A stretch of 64,000 bases of DNA from Ostreococcus lucimarinus (taxonomy: Eukaryota): the NCBI GenBank assembly GCA_000092065.1, contig CP000583.1; one strand, given 5' to 3'. The notes beneath the pieces were generated by a model, which worked only from the letters and a program-made list of their open reading frames with translations, made no database searches and had not been told where the DNA came from. The stretch's first letter is position 1, and each line of letters opens with the position of its first letter. The translations under genes were made by a program, and so were the position numbers. This document shows, piece by piece, positions 59,805 to 64,000 of the stretch.

Positions 59805-61325
59805 TTATACGTGATGATGCGCCTGCGTCATCGGCTGGGGCATGAGGCAGGAATGCGTAGTGTAGTCCGCCGTGCGTTTGTTGAACGTCACCACGAACAG
59901 CTTGCTCAATTGCTGCATCACGCCTTCCACTGGTGGAGGCAAAAGAACGCTCACGAGTGAATCCTCTGCTTCCAAACTGGTCTGTTCCGAAACTTTCGTG
60001 ACGTTTTCTCGACCACTCGGCAGTGGAATGGCACCCGAATACTTTTTGCGTTCCATTTTCTCCCTTTGTTCGTTCGTCCAAGCGCTCGTCGTCGCGACAG
60101 CACCGGGTTCGGCGTTAGCTTCATCGCTTCCCTTGAATTTGAAAACCTCGGTACACGACACGCGACTGAGAAGGTTGACGTGCTGTGGCATTCCCGCCGC
60201 CTTGAACGCGCTGAACCACGGATCGTTGACGTTGGTAGATTTAAGGACATTCACGATTCGGCCATCAGAAGTCTTATCTCCCCACAGCGCGATACCTTCC
60301 GCCACGGCTCTGTCCGGTAACGAAAACGTCCGCTCGTCGTCGTTTCTCATGATTTCCTCTCGCAGGGAAGTCACATTGACGCCAATCTTCGTCAAAGGAT
60401 CCTCCGGTGCCGCTGTGATGGCTAATAATCGACGACTGCTTGACGAGAATTGAGTCCCCGCCGAATTCGAGCGCGGCGCCGCGAGTCCCACCACGGATAG
60501 GGCACCCAACGCCAACGCCGTCACTGACGCGGCGACCGTTTTCTTCCGCCGCTTCGGCGCCGGTTTCTTCAAATCTAACTGCGGTGATGGCGGAGTTTCA
60601 ATGATTGGAGCGTCTAACGGCGGTAACGGCAACTTGGGCGTCATCGTCGGGTACGGCGCCGGCACCATGACGGTCGGCAACGCCACCCCCGTGGCGGCTT
60701 GCAGATTCATCCTCAGCGCGTGATTCTCATTCGTCAAGTGCATCACCATCCCTTGCAACGCCCCGTTTTGTTTTTCCAGCGCACTCGCGCGCTTTTCTAA
60801 ATCCCTGACGTACTCCCGTTTCCGCGCTCGCATGTTCTTCGCGCTCTCGCGATTGCGTCGCAATCGCTCCAATCGCTCCGCCTCCGTCTCCGTCGCGTTC
60901 CCGTCCACCTTCCCCGCGCTCCTCGCCGACATCGACGACGTCCCACCGTCGTCCGACGACGTCCCTCCGCCCTTCCTTCCGCTCCCGCACTCGCTCTCCG
61001 CGCGTCCGCTCGCGTCCTCGTTCGTCGTCGTCGTCGCCCATCCCTCGCCGTCGTCGTCCGGCAGCCAATCGTCCAACATCGACTCCAGCGCCCCGAGTTC
61101 GTACGGAAACCCCTCCAGCACCCCGTCGTCGCGCGCGCCGTCGAATTCCAACCACTCGCTCGCGTCCGCGCGCGCTCGCGCCGTCGCGTCCGTCGTCGTC
61201 GTCGTCGGCACCGTCGCGTCGTCGCGCCGCGGTCGCCGCGCGATCGTCGCGTCGCGCTCGGGCGTGCGCGGCGGCGACGTCGACGACGCGCGGCGCGCGA
61301 CGTCGACGCCGTCGGACGGTTTCAT
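59805..61325 (-). CDS. bZIP transcription factor with a predicted transmembrane segment C-terminal to the bZIP (ATF6/OASIS/bZIP17/28-like membrane-tethered type).
   Basis: Basic region plus leucine zipper LERLRRNRESAKNMRARKREYVRDLEKRASALEKQNGALQGMVMHLTNENHALRMNL. Hydrophobic TM segment AASVTALALGALSVVGLAA is followed by a roughly 230-aa luminal-type domain. ATG verified at 61325. Confidence 0.7.
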   Translation of the reverse strand: MKPSDGVDVARRASSTSPPRTPERDATIARRPRRDDATVPTTTTTDATARARADASEWLEFDGARDDGVLEGFPYELGALESMLDDWLPDDDGEGWATTTTNEDASGRAESECGSGRKGGGTSSDDGGTSSMSARSAGKVDGNATETEAERLERLRRNRESAKNMRARKREYVRDLEKRASALEKQNGALQGMVMHLTNENHALRMNLQAATGVALPTVMVPAPYPTMTPKLPLPPLDAPIIETPPSPQLDLKKPAPKRRKKTVAASVTALALGALSVVGLAAPRSNSAGTQFSSSSRRLLAITAAPEDPLTKIGVNVTSLREEIMRNDDERTFSLPDRAVAEGIALWGDKTSDGRIVNVLKSTNVNDPWFSAFKAAGMPQHVNLLSRVSCTEVFKFKGSDEANAEPGAVATTSAWTNEQREKMERKKYSGAIPLPSGRENVTKVSEQTSLEAEDSLVSVLLPPPVEGVMQQLSKLFVVTFNKRTADYTTHSCLMPQPMTQAHHHV

Positions 61326-61562
61326 CGTCGGCGTCCGGGCGCGGCGCGCGTCGCGATCGCGATCGCGCGGCGTCGCGAGATGACGTCAAGATGAATCTTC
61401 GATCGCCGTCTCGGGGCGTCTCGGAAATCTCGGACGGATCGACGGCGATCCGATGGTCCGATTGTCCGATCGGACGCGCGAGGGCGAGGGAGACGCGAAG
61501 GCGAAGGCGAAGGCGAGACGAAGGTAAAGCGTGAAACGATGCGATGAAAAGAGACGAACGAA

Positions 61563-62753
61563 TCATGGATGGTCGAAGATGTCGCGCTCGGGGGAGGCGG
61601 CGATGCTGGCGAAGACGGGGAGACGACGGAGGTCGTCGTCGTCGTCGTCGTCGTCGGAGACGTCGTCGGAGGCGCGCGCGGAGACGCGCGCGGCGGAAGG
61701 ATCGGTGGTGGTGGTGAGGGAGACGGGTTTGACGTCGGTGGTGCGCTCGGGGACGGCGCCGGGGACGGCGCGCGCGGTCGAACGGTCGTCGGTGGTGGTG
61801 AGAGTGGCGTCGTCGACGAGGGCGGAATCGTCGCGGAACGCGGCTCGACGCGCGGGACGCGGATCGAGCGGCGCGGGGGTGCCTAAGAATGCGTCTCCCC
61901 AGTCCGTGACGCCCGTCGATGCGCCGGATATGAGCGCCGATAGCGCCGTGCGGTGTTGCGTGGCCATCTCACCGGTAGACGCGACGTCATTCGGTCTGTA
62001 ATGGATGAATCGACATCGAGAACCGTACGGGCAATTGCCCTGCGCGGCAAACGTCCTGCACACCTCCGTCTTGTACTTTGGGTGACGTAGCACCGGACGA
62101 AGCTCATCGCGACCGTGTGCGAATTGACATTTGGCGCCATAACGACACGACCCACTCTCCTCCCAGCTGCGACAGAGCTCCGTCTTGTACAACGAGTGCT
62201 GTTGCTTGGGCGATCCCGGACTCGCGCCGCCGCCGTACGCCGGACTCGCGCTCAGAGACCTCGCGCCGTCATCCCGCGAGTTTCCGCCTTGATCGCCGTA
62301 CCCACCGTACGCGGGGGAGCGCGGTGACGTGAGACTGACTCCGAAACTCGATGCCGGCGACGTCGGGCTGAGATTGAGTTGAAACATCCCTTGCGCCAGG
62401 TGCGCGTCGTTCGCCTGATGCGAAGACCGAGAGTACGCGCTCGCGCTCGATCCCGTGAGATCGCTTCCATACGGCGTTTGGTGCATCGCGCGCTGCGGTG
62501 ACTGCGATACCGAATGTACACCATATCGAGACAGTATGGGCGACTGCGGTAACACCGTCGCGGTCGGGATGTCATCGTACGCGCTCGTCGGCGTCCTCGG
62601 GGGCGTTCTCGGCGGGCTCGCGCGCTCCGCGTCCGCGTACGTCGAGATCAACGCGCTCGAGAAATGCTCGGAAAGCTCCCGCGCGCGCTCGAGGGGGTCG
62701 AACAGCGCGCTCAAGTCGTCATCCTCGGCGTGCTCCGCGCCCGAGCGCCGCAT
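61563..62753 (-). CDS. Tandem CCCH zinc-finger protein (TIS11/tristetraprolin class).
   Basis: Two C-x8-C-x5-C-x3-H fingers: [26 protein letters not shown] and [29 protein letters not shown] verified at 62753. Confidence 0.75.
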   Translation of the reverse strand: MRRSGAEHAEDDDLSALFDPLERARELSEHFSSALISTYADAERASPPRTPPRTPTSAYDDIPTATVLPQSPILSRYGVHSVSQSPQRAMHQTPYGSDLTGSSASAYSRSSHQANDAHLAQGMFQLNLSPTSPASSFGVSLTSPRSPAYGGYGDQGGNSRDDGARSLSASPAYGGGASPGSPKQQHSLYKTELCRSWEESGSCRYGAKCQFAHGRDELRPVLRHPKYKTEVCRTFAAQGNCPYGSRCRFIHYRPNDVASTGEMATQHRTALSALISGASTGVTDWGDAFLGTPAPLDPRPARRAAFRDDSALVDDATLTTTDDRSTARAVPGAVPERTTDVKPVSLTTTTDPSAARVSARASDDVSDDDDDDDDLRRLPVFASIAASPERDIFDHP

Positions 62754-63059
62754 ATCGAAAGATAAAGTTTTTGGGACGGTGCTCGCGCGGAACCTCGGCG
62801 CGCGCGCGCGACAGACGGAGAAGGCTTAAGCGTCGACCGACACGTCCGCGCGCGCGTGTGCGCGGGTAAAATATACCGAGAATAAATCTTCGATAAGATT
62901 CGCGCGTTGGTCGCGGCGCGTTGGACGCGCGCGCTTGTGTTCACACGACAAATTTTCGTGGGCACTCAGAACCAACATTGTTAGCTTACGAGACGAGAAC
63001 ACGAGAACGACGACGCATCGCGTGTGTAGCGCCGTCGGTTGCGCTGTTATTGAATAGAG

Positions 63060-64000
63060 CTAGACGTATTTCAAGTACGTATCGAGGTGCACGCCGAGGT
63101 TTTGTGCGAGTCTTTCGGCTAAATCACGAGAGATGTTGCATTGGTACAGCCCACCCTCCATCGCGCTCCCGCGGTTGATGGAGAGCATTCCGAGCTGCGT
63201 CATGCTCGAGATTTGCATAAAGACGTCGGCGCTGAGGAGCTCCTCCTCAAGATCTGCGACTTCAGCGCCGTGTTCATCGCATGCTGAGCGTGTGATAAAG
63301 TGAAACCACGCGATAAGACGTTCGAGCTTGAAGACACGTCGTTTATCCACGGCGGCTTCAGCGGCGGCGGCTCGTTCTCGATCTTGCGCGTTTCGATCCT
63401 TGCGCTTGGCCCTTGCCACGTGCCCTTCTATTTGACCGCCAAACATGCGCTTGTCCACCTCATCAGAGTTGTGCGAGCACAGAAATGCTGCGACTAATAA
63501 GAATTTCGTCAGACGCGGGATCTCGAAATCCAAACGTCCACCCGCGCCGCTTCCCGTGGCGTCGCGCCGCACCGGCCATTCGCCGCGACCGAGAGCCAAC
63601 GCCGCCGGGCTCAGCGGCACGGTTAATCCCGTGTGCACGTTCGGTTGCTCCCGCTTCGGCGCCGACGACGAACCTCCGTCTCTCGCATTAGCGCACTCAT
63701 CTCCTTTCGTCGATCCTTTCTTCGAGTTCAACGCCGCGTACAGCGCTCGAGGTTCGGGAAGCGGATCGCCCCGCGCGCGCGCTTCCTCGTACGGCTTGAC
63801 GTACTGCGCCCACAATGGCGCCACAGTGGCGCGCAGCTCGTGTAAATTCCTACACGTCGCCGTGAACGTGTTCAGCATAACACCTAAGAACCCATTGTAC
63901 AGCATCTCGTCCGCATCCGACGGGCGTTCCTTTAACAAGATGTACCGCAGCTCCTCTCGAGAGTACGCCGGAAAGTAAACGCCCTCGTACGGCGTCGTCC
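63060..64000 (-). CDS. ORC5: Origin recognition complex subunit 5, C-terminal part; the gene is truncated by the window edge.
   Basis: The C-terminus ...EGGLYQCNISRDLAERLAQNLGVHLDTYLKYV-stop matches the conserved ORC5 terminal motif (...Y.C..S...i..iA..vnf.i.kYL.dfl). The minus-strand frame stays open to position 64000, and the track 'M' at 63938 is TTG. Confidence 0.5.
   Translation of the reverse strand, partial: TTPYEGVYFPAYSREELRYILLKERPSDADEMLYNGFLGVMLNTFTATCRNLHELRATVAPLWAQYVKPYEEARARGDPLPEPRALYAALNSKKGSTKGDECANARDGGSSSAPKREQPNVHTGLTVPLSPAALALGRGEWPVRRDATGSGAGGRLDFEIPRLTKFLLVAAFLCSHNSDEVDKRMFGGQIEGHVARAKRKDRNAQDRERAAAAEAAVDKRRVFKLERLIAWFHFITRSACDEHGAEVADLEEELLSADVFMQISSMTQLGMLSINRGSAMEGGLYQCNISRDLAERLAQNLGVHLDTYLKYV

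Overview
This window is GC-rich, compact eukaryotic nuclear DNA; it is not prokaryotic. About 45 protein-coding genes lie on both strands at roughly one per 1.4 kb, separated by short AT-richer spacers and often arranged head-to-head around shared promoter regions of 400 bp or less. I found no rRNA, tRNA, CRISPR array or transposon. The ORF track shows 'M' at non-ATG starts (TTG, GTG); where I could, I moved starts to the first plausible ATG, and coordinates may be off by 1-2 nt. Recognisable products include CAND1, a rhodanese-domain protein related to the bacterial YceA/TrhO family (tRNA U34 hydroxylase), a CELF-like three-RRM protein, farnesyl-diphosphate synthase, Nuf2, a La-related protein, LRRC6/DNAAF11, an acetate channel of the GPR1/FUN34/YaaH family, Mo25, a plant-type ketol-acid reductoisomerase with a transit peptide, two RWD-domain proteins, a carnitine-carrier-like mitochondrial carrier, a PPR protein, acetyl-CoA synthetase, NDUFS6, Nup35, an exosome RNase-PH subunit, TrmA, RlmH, an APE1-like endonuclease, Brix, a rhomboid protease, a CDF metal transporter, a membrane-anchored bZIP, a tandem CCCH zinc-finger protein and a partial ORC5. 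The most unusual items are two domain fusions, a mitochondrial carrier joined to two cyclic-nucleotide-binding domains and a GatC-like N-terminal region (similarity judged from recalled alignment) joined to an EMAPII-type tRNA-binding domain. I also infer short spliceosomal introns that share a GACTGAC branch-like motif, two of which have very similar ends (introner-like). There is a (TCGG)13 microsatellite plus a perfect 19-bp inverted repeat abutting a start codon, and tandem duplications at convergent 3' ends. The gene content (flagellar assembly factor, PPR protein, plastid-type KARI with Ala/Arg-rich transit peptides, very high gene density) is consistent with a small GC-rich green alga of the Mamiellophyceae (Micromonas-like), but that is inference only.
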